From the NCBI RefSeq assembly GCF_044324875.1, contig NZ_CP172185.1: DNA of 64,000 nucleotides. One strand, written 5' to 3'. The translations under genes were made by a program, and so were the position numbers. Below, piece by piece: positions 1 through 9,908 of this stretch. How positions within the stretch are numbered: the first letter of the stretch is position 1; each line of letters starts with the position of its first letter. The notes beneath the pieces are model-generated. The model ran no database searches and was not told the DNA's origin. It was given only the letters and a program-made list of their open reading frames with translations. This DNA is from Escherichia coli. GTDB taxonomy: Bacteria; Pseudomonadota; Gammaproteobacteria; Enterobacterales; Enterobacteriaceae.

Positions 1-14
1 ACGTTCAGACAGAG

Positions 15-281
15 ATGCCATCTAGGTACTGTCAGGCAGACGAAGAGTGGATTCAGCAGCAGTTACAGGGGCTACCACCGTCACTGAGACGGAAGGTCGC
101 CCTGAAATATGCGGAGGTATACGAAATCACTTTTGACGCTGAGCCTGTTTCATTCCGCAAGGAGAACAGAGCAAGGCACGAAGCAAACACAAGGCTCCGC
201 TTGTTTGTGAGAAATCAGGGCAGAGCTTTACAGGGGTATGCAACTCAGCCGCCCCTGGCAGGAACGCAATCGCGCTCCTGA
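15..281 (+). CDS. Hypothetical phage protein, possibly the 3' part of a gene starting upstream of the window
   Basis: ORF in frame with the window edge (no stop in the first codons); no recognisable motif. Confidence 0.3.
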   Translation: MPSRYCQADEEWIQQQLQGLPPSLRRKVALKYAEVYEITFDAEPVSFRKENRARHEANTRLRLFVRNQGRALQGYATQPPLAGTQSRS

Positions 282-539
282 TTGGTACCGGGCTTAAAGG
301 TGTCCGGTGGCTGATTGAAAATGGTAAAAATATTTAGACGTCTATATGTCTGGATGTATTTACCACCCCCTAAATGTTTATGGGGGAAAGGGGGCGGTGT
401 TGATCTTTTAGCGCGAAGCGCTGGAACAGGCTTTTCCAAGAAGACGGGTACATAGGTTAGGTAGATCTCTGTAAAGGGGAAATACCAGAAGATGTGCGGA
501 CGCCTAGACGTCCAGATGTAAATGTTCAGAGGTGATTTT

Positions 540-1142
540 ATGGTTAACAGTTTTGATGGTGAAAAATGGCTTCCGGTTCCTGTTGCTCCGTATGGTGATG
601 CTTACCTCGTTAGCTCGGCGGGACGCATCCGTGGGGTTAATCGAATTGCTGAATCGGAATTTTTTATTCGCCAAATTCGTGGCGTGTTCCTCAAGGGAAG
701 AGTGCGCCGGGATGGATATAAAACCGTTAACCTGAGCTACAAACGTAATCGCCAAACTTTTGCCGTACACCGTCTGGTAGCGCTGGCTTTTTGCAGCAAC
801 CCTTACAACCACCCTGAAGTGAACCATAAGGACGGCAACAAGCTGAATAACCATGCATCCAATCTGGAGTGGGTTAGCCATAGCGAAAACATTCAGCATT
901 CTATTCACACCGGGCTGAATAATTCTCAGGGGGCGAACAACAAACAATTTAAGGGCCTGATTGTCGCCACAAATATTGCGACCAGGGAAGAGCAAACCTT
1001 TTGCGGGAAAAAGGCGCTAATTAGTGCCGGGTTTGATCACGGTAGTGTTTATGCTGTTATTGCTGGAAGAACAAAGTCTCATCGCGGTCACCATTTCAGG
1101 CGCCTCCCGCTGAACCATGGGGAGGCAGCACAATGCAGCTGA
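540..1142 (+). CDS. HNH homing endonuclease (NUMOD4/HNH type)
   Basis: Motif HPEVNHKDGNKLNNHASNLEWVSHSEN; SD GAGGTGA upstream of ATG 540 (ORF track 522..1142). Confidence 0.8.
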   Translation: MVNSFDGEKWLPVPVAPYGDAYLVSSAGRIRGVNRIAESEFFIRQIRGVFLKGRVRRDGYKTVNLSYKRNRQTFAVHRLVALAFCSNPYNHPEVNHKDGNKLNNHASNLEWVSHSENIQHSIHTGLNNSQGANNKQFKGLIVATNIATREEQTFCGKKALISAGFDHGSVYAVIAGRTKSHRGHHFRRLPLNHGEAAQCS

Positions 1143-2791
1143 CAATCACGCCGAATTTTGCACAGGAGCGAGCGCTAAACATGTTGCGCCGTGACTGGAA
1201 GGCAAACGACACCTTCATGGTTTACTCGCCAACAGGTAGCGGTAAAACGGGTCTGGCAGCCTTCATAGTTGCTGGTTTTGTCAGCCGTGGTATGCGCGTT
1301 CTGTTCTGTGTTCCGTACACCATCCTGATTGGTCAGACGGCTAATCGGTTCGTGCAGTATGGTTTACCTGGAGATGAAATCGGTTATATCTGGGCGGATC
1401 ACCCTAACTACGATCCGGACCGGAAAATTCAGATTGCCAGCGCTGACACGCTTATTCGTCGTGTTTTTCCTGAAAATATCGATCTGCTGATTATCGACGA
1501 AGCGCACCTGCGTAAAAAACGCATCCTGAAGGATATCGAACGTCTGCGCGGCAAAGGCGTAAAGGTGATTGGCCTGTCGGGTACTCCGTTTTCTCCGTTC
1601 CTGGGCAAATACTATGACCGACTGATTAAGCCGACCACCATCGGCGAGTTAATCCAGCGTGGCGATCTGAGTAAATACGAATTTTACGCGCCAACTAAGC
1701 CGGATCTGAAAGGTGTTAAAACCACATCTTCGCTTGAGTACGGCCGCGATTACAACGAAACACAGCTGGCTGAAATCATGTGCGGCTCTACGCTGGTGGG
1801 CGACATCGTACAGAACTGGCTGGAGAATGGTCGGGATCTACCTACCATCGCTTTCTGCGTCAACGTAGCTCATGCCAATTATCTGACAATCCAGTTTAAC
1901 CTGGCGGGTGTTAACGCTGAGGTAATGACCGCCGACACTCCGGTAGATGAGCGCCAGACCATCATTCACCGCTTTGAAACCGGTGCAACGAAAATCATCG
2001 TTAGTGTGGGCGTTCTGGTAGCCGGATTCGATAGTGACGTTCGTTGCATCATCTACGCCAGACCAACAAAAAGCGAAATTCGCTGGTTGCAGGCACTCGG
2101 GCGTGGACTTCGCACCGCACCGGGTAAAGAGTCCTGCCTTATCTTCGATCACAGCGGCACCGTGCACCGTCTGGGTTATCCGGATTCAATCGAGTACGAC
2201 GATCTTCCCGGTAAGTCTGACGGCATGGAGGAAAGCACGCGCCGCGCAGTTGAGGAACGGGCCGAAAAATTGCCACATGAATGCCCTCAATGCCACTACA
2301 TGAAGCCAGCTGGCGTCTATGTTTGCCCGAAATGTGGACACAAGCCGCTGCGAGGTGAAGACGTTGATACTGACACTAGCCGCAAACTTAATAAGCTGGG
2401 TAAAAATCAGCATCAGTCCACGAAGGCAGAGAAACAGGCCTGGTGGAGTCAGATCAAATTTTATCAGCGCCAGCGTGCCTCACTGGGGCGTCCAGTCAGT
2501 GATGGATGGTGCGCTCACACTTTCAGGGAGAAATTCGGTGAATGGCCTGATGGGTTGAGTAGTTTCCCGATGGAAATAAGCCCAGAGGTAAGTAACTACA
2601 TCAGACACAAGCTGATCCGGTTTGCTAAAGGTCGTGAACGGACACGGAGGATGACGAAAAACTCATCCGAAGTGCTTTCTCTGCCACTGGTTGTTGGTGG
2701 CCGGTATGTTCCACCGGAAGAAAGTGAGGCTTGGCACATTATGCAGGCAAAGCAACAATTCCAGAAAAATATAAACAGTCTGAGTCAGTAA
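1133..2791 (+). CDS. SF2 DEAD/DEAH-box helicase with C-terminal zinc ribbon (phage replication helicase)
   Basis: Walker A SPTGSGKT, motif II IIDEAH, C-terminal CPQCHY...CPKCGH; RBS GGGGAGG before ATG. Confidence 0.85.
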   Translation: MQLTITPNFAQERALNMLRRDWKANDTFMVYSPTGSGKTGLAAFIVAGFVSRGMRVLFCVPYTILIGQTANRFVQYGLPGDEIGYIWADHPNYDPDRKIQIASADTLIRRVFPENIDLLIIDEAHLRKKRILKDIERLRGKGVKVIGLSGTPFSPFLGKYYDRLIKPTTIGELIQRGDLSKYEFYAPTKPDLKGVKTTSSLEYGRDYNETQLAEIMCGSTLVGDIVQNWLENGRDLPTIAFCVNVAHANYLTIQFNLAGVNAEVMTADTPVDERQTIIHRFETGATKIIVSVGVLVAGFDSDVRCIIYARPTKSEIRWLQALGRGLRTAPGKESCLIFDHSGTVHRLGYPDSIEYDDLPGKSDGMEESTRRAVEERAEKLPHECPQCHYMKPAGVYVCPKCGHKPLRGEDVDTDTSRKLNKLGKNQHQSTKAEKQAWWSQIKFYQRQRASLGRPVSDGWCAHTFREKFGEWPDGLSSFPMEISPEVSNYIRHKLIRFAKGRERTRRMTKNSSEVLSLPLVVGGRYVPPEESEAWHIMQAKQQFQKNINSLSQ

Positions 2792-2792
2792 G

Positions 2793-3761
2793 ATGAAAAC
2801 AGCAGATGCAGCGAAAGGCCGTTGGCCTGAAATATTAGAGCACTTCGGTCTGCCGCCGATAACCGGAAAAAATCACTTTAAGGGTGAATGCCCGGTATGC
2901 GGTGCACGTGGCAAGTTCCGAATTGACGACCGCGACGGTGCAGGAACGTGGATCTGTGTATGTGGTAGTGGCGATGGTATGAAACTTGTCACCCTGACAC
3001 AGGCGAAGCCATTTAACGAGATTTGTACCGAAATAGACCGCCTGATCGGTAATGATTACCAACGGGTTAAAATCCCGGTAACCAGCAGCGCCACCAGCTT
3101 ACGCAAACGGGTATTGAGCAAGTTTTCAAAACTGGAGGCACTGCGTGGTACATCCGGCGCCGCGTATCTTAATTCTCGTGGAATATTCAGTCTTCCTGCT
3201 GAGGCGATCAGGTTCAATGCCAGGCAGAGACACAACGGGAGTGTGTTCCAGTCTCTTTATTCACTTGCTACGGACGATAAAGGGGAGCTGTGCTATCTGC
3301 ATCAGACCCTGCTTGATGGTGATAAAAAAGCAGATATCGGTAGCAGTGCAAAGCGCCTCAAATCCCTGCAGGAAGATAACTATCTGGATCACGCTCGTTC
3401 TGTAGCTATCCGCATGTTTCCTGTCGCCAGCACTCTGGGTATCGCCGAAGGCATCGAAACAGCGCTGTCAGCGCACCAGATTTATAACGTGAACACCTGG
3501 GCAACCATTAACAGCGGCTTTATGAAAAAGTTCCGTGTACCAGCTGGTGTTCTGCATCTGATTATTTTTGCTGACCGTGACGAGAACAGCGCCACCGGGC
3601 TGGCTGCGGCTTGCGAATGTGCTCATGCCAATCTGATGGCAAAGAATGACCTGCAGCGCGTGAGCGTGTACTGGCCGGATCACGATGATTTCAACAATAT
3701 GCTCATGAACGGTGATCAGGTTCGGGAGCTGGTTTTCCATAAGAAAAAGGCGGTTGCGTAA
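2793..3761 (+). CDS. DNA primase-like protein (N-terminal zinc ribbon + Toprim region)
   Basis: CPVCGARGKFRIDDRDGAGTWICVCG zinc-binding motif; acidic Toprim-like FADRDEN; immediately follows helicase. Confidence 0.7.
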   Translation: MKTADAAKGRWPEILEHFGLPPITGKNHFKGECPVCGARGKFRIDDRDGAGTWICVCGSGDGMKLVTLTQAKPFNEICTEIDRLIGNDYQRVKIPVTSSATSLRKRVLSKFSKLEALRGTSGAAYLNSRGIFSLPAEAIRFNARQRHNGSVFQSLYSLATDDKGELCYLHQTLLDGDKKADIGSSAKRLKSLQEDNYLDHARSVAIRMFPVASTLGIAEGIETALSAHQIYNVNTWATINSGFMKKFRVPAGVLHLIIFADRDENSATGLAAACECAHANLMAKNDLQRVSVYWPDHDDFNNMLMNGDQVRELVFHKKKAVA

Positions 3762-4621
3762 TGCGTACTGATAACAACGAACATAAAGTACTATTCACCA
3801 TCCCGACGGCAGCGTACAGCTCCGCCCTCGCAAACATCAAGCCCCTGCCAGAGCAACGGAGAATCACCGGGCATAAGCAGACTGATGCTTATCTTTGGGT
3901 GCTGGAGGTTATCCGTCTGAACGAACCCGCACATCTGGATGCTGCTGAGGCTGCGCTGGTGAAAATTAAAATTTCCCCAAAAGAGGCTCAGGAACGCTAT
4001 TCGCGTTATCTGCTGGCGAATGGTTACGAACCTTTCCAGGTTGCGTTCGGCATCATCGGCATGGATAACCCGGCACAGGCAATCAGTATCGCCCGGGAGA
4101 ATATCAAAAAAGCAGCATCAGTCAGGGCTACGTTTGGTAGCTATGAAGCAGCACTCGAAGATGTGGAAGCCGAGCGAGTGATCAAGTCTTCCCAGAAATT
4201 TATCGACGATCATCTCTGGGGCTGGACTGCAGCCGAGAAGAAAGCGGGCAGAATTGACGGCATCCGTATGAATGAAATTGATGATCAGCGTCGTGCATAT
4301 GTTGATGGCTATCGTGATGTACTGCCAGAGCCTCATACATTGTCAGACGTAGTTCGTGAGTTTGTTTACTGGGACTGGCTCTACAGTGTTCGCCACACTG
4401 CAACTAAAGAACAGGGCGATGAGTTTGGTTACTTTGAGCATCACGAATCGGTATATGACCGCGAGCGCTACCTTGAAAAATTGCTGATGACCATCAAACC
4501 GGTGACACGGGCTGAAGCCGTGGAGGTGTGTCGTTGGTTTTTGGCAAGCGGAAAGGGCGAATATATGAAAGACAATAGCGCTGCGGTCATACTCAATCTG
4601 GTTGGGGAGTGTGAGCAATGA
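3761..4621 (+). CDS. Hypothetical protein (286 aa) in nin-like region
   Basis: Uninterrupted ORF, start overlaps primase stop; no motif recognised. Confidence 0.55.
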   Translation: MRTDNNEHKVLFTIPTAAYSSALANIKPLPEQRRITGHKQTDAYLWVLEVIRLNEPAHLDAAEAALVKIKISPKEAQERYSRYLLANGYEPFQVAFGIIGMDNPAQAISIARENIKKAASVRATFGSYEAALEDVEAERVIKSSQKFIDDHLWGWTAAEKKAGRIDGIRMNEIDDQRRAYVDGYRDVLPEPHTLSDVVREFVYWDWLYSVRHTATKEQGDEFGYFEHHESVYDRERYLEKLLMTIKPVTRAEAVEVCRWFLASGKGEYMKDNSAAVILNLVGECEQ

Positions 4622-4739
4622 AGCAGGGCTGGAAAGTTTGAAAAACTGGTGAAGGAGTTTACTGCGTGATGGCTGAATTTTTTCTCTATTCTGCCACGCT
4701 TTTTTGCAACAGGTGTGACTGGGTGGAAGGAGGGGACAG

Positions 4740-5111
4740 ATGCGTCTGGAATTTGTTTTGCCTTACCCGCCGCCGGTGAACACTTACTGGCACCGTCGTG
4801 GTGGTAAGTATTTTGTATCAAAAGCGGGGGAACGTTATCGTCGTGATGTCAGGCTTATTGTTCGCCAGCAGCAACTGAGATTAAGGCTGACCGGAAGACT
4901 GGGTATAAAAATCATCGCAGACCCGCCAGACAACCGCCGCCGTGACCTGGACAACATACTGAAAGTACCGCTGGATGCGCTGACCCATGCGGGGCTGCTT
5001 ATTGATGACGAACAGTTTGATGAAATTTATATCGTGCGTGGCGTGTCAGTACCTGACGGGCGTCTGGGAGTGAAGATTTACGAAATTACAGGTGGTAACA
5101 ATGGCGCGTGA
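4740..5111 (+). CDS. rusA: Holliday junction resolvase RusA
   Basis: 123 aa; RusA-like sequence with conserved acidic residues ([16 protein letters not shown]); RBS GGAAGGAGGGGA upstream. Confidence 0.85.
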   Translation: MRLEFVLPYPPPVNTYWHRRGGKYFVSKAGERYRRDVRLIVRQQQLRLRLTGRLGIKIIADPPDNRRRDLDNILKVPLDALTHAGLLIDDEQFDEIYIVRGVSVPDGRLGVKIYEITGGNNGA

Positions 5112-5526
5112 TATTCAGCAGGTTATGGAGCGATGGGGGGCATGGGTGGCGAATAACCACGAAGACGTGGAATGGTCATCCATTGCCGCCGGATTCAAGG
5201 GGCTGATACCGTCAAAAGTAAAATCGCGACCGCAGTGTTCCGATGATGACGCGATGATTATCTGTGGTTGTATGGCTCAACTGAACCGGAACAACAGTGA
5301 TTTGCATGAATTGCTGGTTGATTACTACGTGTGTGGGATGACGCTGATGAAGTTAGCAAGGAAACATGGATGTTCTGATACGCATATTGGAAAGCGTTTG
5401 CAAAAAGCTGAAGGAGTGGTTGATGGCATGTTGATGATGCTGGGAGTAAGACTTGAGATGGATCGGTATGTGAGCGTAAATTATTCGATGTGCCGTAAAA
5501 CTCCGTCCTTCAGGGCAGGGATATAA
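5101..5526 (+). CDS. Late-gene antiterminator Q-like protein
   Basis: About 141 aa, directly upstream of the tRNA/lysis region; N-terminus [15 protein letters not shown] resembles the short Q type of Stx-family lambdoid phages as recalled; Cys-rich. Confidence 0.6.
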   Translation: MARDIQQVMERWGAWVANNHEDVEWSSIAAGFKGLIPSKVKSRPQCSDDDAMIICGCMAQLNRNNSDLHELLVDYYVCGMTLMKLARKHGCSDTHIGKRLQKAEGVVDGMLMMLGVRLEMDRYVSVNYSMCRKTPSFRAGI

Positions 5527-5536
5527 GGCGTACAGG

Positions 5537-5566
5537 ATAAATAAAAGAACGGGCGCAAAGCGCCCA
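5537..5566 (-). terminator. Rho-independent terminator for the opposite-strand porin gene
   Basis: Hairpin GGGCGCAAAGCGCCC followed on the minus strand by a T-rich run. Confidence 0.55.
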
Positions 5567-5709
5567 AGTATAAACAACAAAAAACGGTAATAAATAACAG
5601 AAAGTCCGTTGGAAAAGTTAAGTACTGTCCAACGTTTTGCAGTGGCATGAGGGCACCACTTTATATGTCAGAAAAGTTTCACTCTCCCGACATATTCTTA
5701 CAAAACAAA

Positions 5710-6813
5710 TCAGAACTGATAAGTCAAACCAACAGCGACAATATCATCGGTTAATACATCAGTTCTTTCAGTGAATTGATTCTTATCAAGCAGGTTGATT
5801 TTATAGTCTACGTATGTAGACATATTTTTGTTGAAGTAATAAGCAGCACCGACTTCAATGAATTTTTCAATGTATCCGTCATTATGTTTTTCAGGGATAC
5901 CAGTTTTGGTGGAAAGGTCTTTGGCTTTCGACTGGATATAAGCAAGAGACGGGCGCAAACCAAAGTCGAACTGATACTGTGCAACTACAGCGAAATCTTC
6001 AGTTTTATTGGCTACACCGTTGTAGCCGCCGGGCGAGTACTTGATTGCGCGGGTATTACGTGTTTCACCATAAGTGGCTGCCAGGTACAGATTATTCGCG
6101 TCATATTTTACGCTGGTAGCCCACTGTTCAGCTTTTTTACCTTTACCAAAAGTCGTCGCTTCCTGTGCATTGGTGCGATCGGCTGCACCATATGCAGCTA
6201 CAAAACCAAAGCCTTCATATTCATAACTGACAGAGCCGCCAACACCGTCGCCGTTTGAAGTGCCTGCATTGTCACGCTCATTTTTACCCAGATACTGAAC
6301 CGCAAAGTTCAGTCCATCAACCAGACCGAAGAAGTCGGTATTACGGTAAGTGGCAACACCACCTACACGACCCACGAAGAAGTTATCCCCGTTAACAGAA
6401 CCAGGCCCAAATTCAGGGAGGACATCAGTATAGCTTAATGCGTCATACACCACGCCATAGTTACGACCATAATCCAGAGAGCCAATATTTTCTAGTTTCA
6501 GGCCAGCGTATGCCAGACGGGTTTTGTCTCCTGCAGAGCCATCTTTTTCTGCCTTGTTGCCTTTGAATTCATATTCCCATTGACCAAAACCAGTTAACTG
6601 ATTGTTGATTTGGGTTTCACCTTTGAATCCAAGACGGGCATAAGTTCCATCACCTTCTTCTTTGGCGTTAGAAGAAAAGTAATGTTTACCCACTACTTTG
6701 CCATATAAATCCAGTTTATTACTGTTTTTATTATATATTTCTGCTGCATTTGCAGACATTGCCAGAAATACTGATGCTGCTACAGCAGAAAGTGCCACTG
6801 TTAAATTTTTCAT
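5710..6813 (-). CDS. Outer membrane porin (OmpC/NmpC family) moron
   Basis: Signal peptide [29 protein letters not shown], porin-type beta-strand composition, C-terminal aromatic residue; same position and orientation as nmpC in DLP12-type prophages. Confidence 0.85.
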   Translation of the reverse strand: MKNLTVALSAVAASVFLAMSANAAEIYNKNSNKLDLYGKVVGKHYFSSNAKEEGDGTYARLGFKGETQINNQLTGFGQWEYEFKGNKAEKDGSAGDKTRLAYAGLKLENIGSLDYGRNYGVVYDALSYTDVLPEFGPGSVNGDNFFVGRVGGVATYRNTDFFGLVDGLNFAVQYLGKNERDNAGTSNGDGVGGSVSYEYEGFGFVAAYGAADRTNAQEATTFGKGKKAEQWATSVKYDANNLYLAATYGETRNTRAIKYSPGGYNGVANKTEDFAVVAQYQFDFGLRPSLAYIQSKAKDLSTKTGIPEKHNDGYIEKFIEVGAAYYFNKNMSTYVDYKINLLDKNQFTERTDVLTDDIVAVGLTYQF

Positions 6814-7411
6814 TTTTTATCCTCTGGTGGGAGTTAATTGGACGACAAAATGCTATCAGGATGAAAATTTAATTTCTGTGTATAATGTATACAAGGAAAA
6901 TTAAGGAGTCCGATTCTTTATATGTGACCACCATCACAAAATAAGAAGTCATGCAAGCTAATAAATAGATGGCTATCTTTCACTCAAAAAATTAAGATCA
7001 ATCTTTTTTATTAGAAGTGCTAAATATATTTAATTATTTGGGGTTGTGAGTTATTTATATAACCTTAATAAAGACATTACTTTTGAAGAAAAATACGTGC
7101 ATAGAAGAATGCATAATCTTTAATTACATCTTGCCAAGCGTCGCAACAATCCAGAGATTGTATGTGGGGTGAATCATGCAGCATGCAGGGTATGAACAAA
7201 CACTTTACGATCGTAAAAGTATGCATATCATGGTAAGAGTGGTTCCTACGCCACACAACTTAAACCCGCAGCCAGGCGGTTTTTTACATCGAAAATCTGC
7301 ACCGGACATTAAGCTCTTTGGCGGACCAGATAAGAGGTGCGCTTAGTTGGGTTTGTCGGGCTTTCTCTGAGATTTGCGGTATTAATCCCGTAACGTTATT
7401 ATGCTGCTCGA

Positions 7412-7487
7412 GGCCCTTTAGCTCAGTGGTGAGAGCGAGCGACTCATAATCGCAAGGGCGCTGGTTCAAATTCAGCAAGGGCCACCA
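7412..7487 (+). tRNA. tRNA with anticodon CAU, ileX/ileZ-like (tRNA-Ile2 reading AUA, or Met)
   Basis: Cloverleaf folds by hand: acceptor GGCCCTT/AAGGGCC, D-arm GCTC..GAGC, anticodon loop CTCATAA, T-arm GCTGG-TTCAAAT-TCAGC, 3' CCA; close to recalled E. coli ileX. Confidence 0.85.
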
Positions 7488-7488
7488 A

Positions 7489-7565
7489 CCGCTACTAGCT
7501 CATCAGGAAAGAGCGTCAACCCTTTAAGTTGAGTGCGCTAGGTTCGATTCCCCGCTGGCGGTCCA
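7489..7565 (+). tRNA. tRNA-like element, probably degenerate (arg-tRNA-like architecture)
   Basis: Acceptor 6/7 bp, good D-arm and perfect anticodon stem, canonical T-loop TTCGATT, but T-stem has 2 mismatches and loop CCTTTAA lacks U33; ends CCA. Confidence 0.35.
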
Positions 7566-7980
7566 GCGCCGACTTACCTCAGTCGGCAGAACAGTTTAGT
7601 TGTAACCATCAGGCCACCACTTCAATTCCGGTAGTCGGCACTAAATTTCCAAGCTCGTGCTCACGGCCTGCTTCATATCCGCGCCAGGTCCGTCGCGATT
7701 AAACCACAGGGCTTTTCAGGAGGGGCCACAGAGAGCGTCACACTGACCATTCCCTGTGGCTTGTGCTGAGATCCGGTCAGTGAAATTGTGCAAAGGGAAT
7801 CTTCGGGAGCTTTGGGCAGAATGTCAGTTATTGATGTTGACATCCTCCACACCCTGAAGGTCGGGGTTTTACGGCGCACTGGATAAAATACCTGAACAAA
7901 CAGCCTCTTCGTGCGGCTTTTTTATAACGAGATTCTGACTTGCTGCCGTCCGTAATGTCGGATGGCGGAGGTGAGGGACT

Positions 7981-8253
7981 ATGAGAATGGACGAACGATA
8001 CAGTAACGCTGCATACGGCAGCGCAGGACTTGTTGCGTTCTTTGCCAGCCTGTCACTGCAGGATTGGGGATTTATTATCGGCGTGGCGTTCAGTATCATT
8101 CTTGGCGTTCTTACTTATCGCCTTAACAAACGGGAGCAGGAAAAACGAACCCGCATATTGCTCGAAATTCTGGAACGAACTAATGCCGGTAATGTTCCGG
8201 CTACGGCACATGCTGTGGCTGAGATTGCGAAAAAGGCACCAAAAGAAATATGA
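7981..8253 (+). CDS. Holin (two predicted transmembrane segments; dual-start MRM motif)
   Basis: 90 aa, hydrophobic stretches LVAFFASLSL and FIIGVAFSIILGVLTY, charged C-terminus; SD GGAGGTGAGGG; immediately upstream of lysis genes. Confidence 0.6.
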   Translation: MRMDERYSNAAYGSAGLVAFFASLSLQDWGFIIGVAFSIILGVLTYRLNKREQEKRTRILLEILERTNAGNVPATAHAVAEIAKKAPKEI

Positions 8254-8409
8254 CGAATATCCCGGGAGTGAGGGGATAATATACCTTTTAACAAAATCCG
8301 GGAACATGAAACGCCCGGAACGTTTCATGAGGCATGCCCCGTGGGGAGCAGGGCATAACTGTGCGGAATAGCTTTCATTGTGATATCAATAATCACGGTA
8401 TTCAAAATA

Positions 8410-8787
8410 TTACGGGCCTGTGGGATCAGGTTGTTTTTTGTCTGATTCCAGAGGGAAGGGACGCTGTTTCGGTTCTCTGAACTTTAGTGATAATGAATTG
8501 AAAATCCTCATTTTTTGCTGCCATGCATAATGTCTGTCCCATGAACAGGGGGGGCTCAATTCTTCATTCACCCATGCGTTAATATCTTGTTTCAGGTGTT
8601 GAAGCATACGGGGTGTTAATGCACTCATAATAATATCCAGCGTTTTATGCGAGAGTTTACCGTAAGGGTCTGCAAGGATGCTGCTCGTTGCTTCGTTATT
8701 ATCCACCATAAGTGGAAGTAGCGCTGATTTAACTTTTTCTGTCATTAGTTGCAAAAATCTACTGCGCAAATTTTCTTTACTGTTCAT
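8410..8787 (-). CDS. Hypothetical protein (125 aa) on opposite strand between holin and endolysin
   Basis: Clean ORF in an otherwise plus-strand late operon; no recognised domain. Confidence 0.45.
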   Translation of the reverse strand: MNSKENLRSRFLQLMTEKVKSALLPLMVDNNEATSSILADPYGKLSHKTLDIIMSALTPRMLQHLKQDINAWVNEELSPPCSWDRHYAWQQKMRIFNSLSLKFREPKQRPFPLESDKKQPDPTGP

Positions 8788-8910
8788 TTCTGAAGCCTCA
8801 TCTGTTGTCGTTTGGTTTTCCTGAACGGGTATGTTTATGAGACATGCTGGTACTGGATTATATACCTGATATATCCAGGATTATAAACCTTTAGATCCTG
8901 ATAAATATAC

Positions 8911-9444
8911 ATGAACGCAAAAATCAGATACGGCCTGTCGGCTGCCGTTCTGGCGCTGATTGGTGCTGGCGCATCTGCTCCTCAGATACTTGATCAGTTT
9001 CTGGACGAAAAAGAGGGTAACCACACAACGGCATACCGCGATGGGTCCGGCATCTGGACCATCTGTCGGGGTGCCACGATGGTGGATGGAAAACCCGTTT
9101 TTCCCGGAATGAAGCTGTCGAAGGAAAAATGCGACCAGGTTAACGCTATTGAACGTGATAAGGCACTGGCATGGGTGGAGCGCAATATTAAAGTACCTCT
9201 GACCGAACCACAGAAAGCGGGTATTGCGTCATTCTGTCCCTATAACATTGGCCCCGGTAAGTGTTTCCCGTCGACGTTTTATAAGCGGCTTAATGCCGGT
9301 GATCGAAAAGGCGCCTGCGAGGCGATTCGCTGGTGGATAAAGGATGGTGGGCGTGACTGCCGTATCCGTTCAAATAACTGCTATGGACAGGTTATTCGTC
9401 GTGACCAGGAAAGCGCATTAGCCTGTTGGGGGATAGATCAGTGA
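8911..9444 (+). CDS. Endolysin, lysozyme with N-terminal signal-anchor-release (SAR) domain
   Basis: 177 aa; N-terminal hydrophobic [16 protein letters not shown]-x8-D-x5-T catalytic spacing ([16 protein letters not shown]). Confidence 0.85.
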   Translation: MNAKIRYGLSAAVLALIGAGASAPQILDQFLDEKEGNHTTAYRDGSGIWTICRGATMVDGKPVFPGMKLSKEKCDQVNAIERDKALAWVERNIKVPLTEPQKAGIASFCPYNIGPGKCFPSTFYKRLNAGDRKGACEAIRWWIKDGGRDCRIRSNNCYGQVIRRDQESALACWGIDQ

Positions 9445-9908
9445 GCAGAGTCGCCGCGATTATTTATGCTCTGGTTATCTGCATCATCGTCTGCCTGTCG
9501 TTGGCGGTCAATCATTACCGTGATAACGCCATAGCCTACAAAGAACAACGTGATAAAAAAGTCAGTGAGCTGAAGCAGGCGACCGCCACCATCGCTGACA
9601 TGCAGCAGCGTCAGCGTGATGTTGCTGCGCTCGATGCAAAATACACGAAGGAGTTAGCTGATGCGAAAGCTGAAAATGATGCTCTTCGGCGCAAGCTTGA
9701 TAATGGTGGCAGGGTGCTCGTCAAAGGAAAATGCCCTGTGCCATCCTCAGCCGAAACCTCCAGCGCCTCCGGCATGGGCAATGATGCCACCGTCGAACTC
9801 TCTCCAGTTGCTGGACGAAACGTTCTCGGTATCCGGGACGGAATTATCCGCGACCAGACAGCACTGAGAACGCTTCAGGAATACATCAGGACGCAATGCC
9901 TTCGATGA
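9441..9908 (+). CDS. Rz-like inner-membrane spanin (i-spanin)
   Basis: N-terminal TM segment [19 protein letters not shown] then coiled-coil-like region; probable GTG start overlapping endolysin stop. Confidence 0.65.
   Translation: MSRVAAIIYALVICIIVCLSLAVNHYRDNAIAYKEQRDKKVSELKQATATIADMQQRQRDVAALDAKYTKELADAKAENDALRRKLDNGGRVLVKGKCPVPSSAETSSASGMGNDATVELSPVAGRNVLGIRDGIIRDQTALRTLQEYIRTQCLR
9661..9867 (+). CDS. Rz1-like outer-membrane lipoprotein spanin (o-spanin), embedded in Rz in +1 frame
   Basis: Lipobox MVAGCSS, proline-rich [11 protein letters not shown]; fully nested within Rz. Confidence 0.6.
   Translation: MRKLKMMLFGASLIMVAGCSSKENALCHPQPKPPAPPAWAMMPPSNSLQLLDETFSVSGTELSATRQH

Noticed and set aside
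4118-4821. Minus-strand ORFs of 67-117 aa in the 286-aa unknown/rusA region
   Set aside because: Overlap plus-strand genes that have RBSs and coupled starts; no independent signals.
7568-7640. Third tRNA candidate (perfect 7-bp acceptor-like pairing GCCGACT/AGTCGGC)
   Set aside because: D, anticodon and T arms cannot be folded canonically and there is no CCA; more likely a hairpin or tRNA remnant.
7641-7980. Looked for Shiga toxin (stxA/stxB) or other toxin genes between the tRNA cluster and the holin
   Set aside because: Only short ORFs on either strand (68- and 76-aa minus-strand ORFs without signal peptides or RBS); no toxin-like coding sequence.
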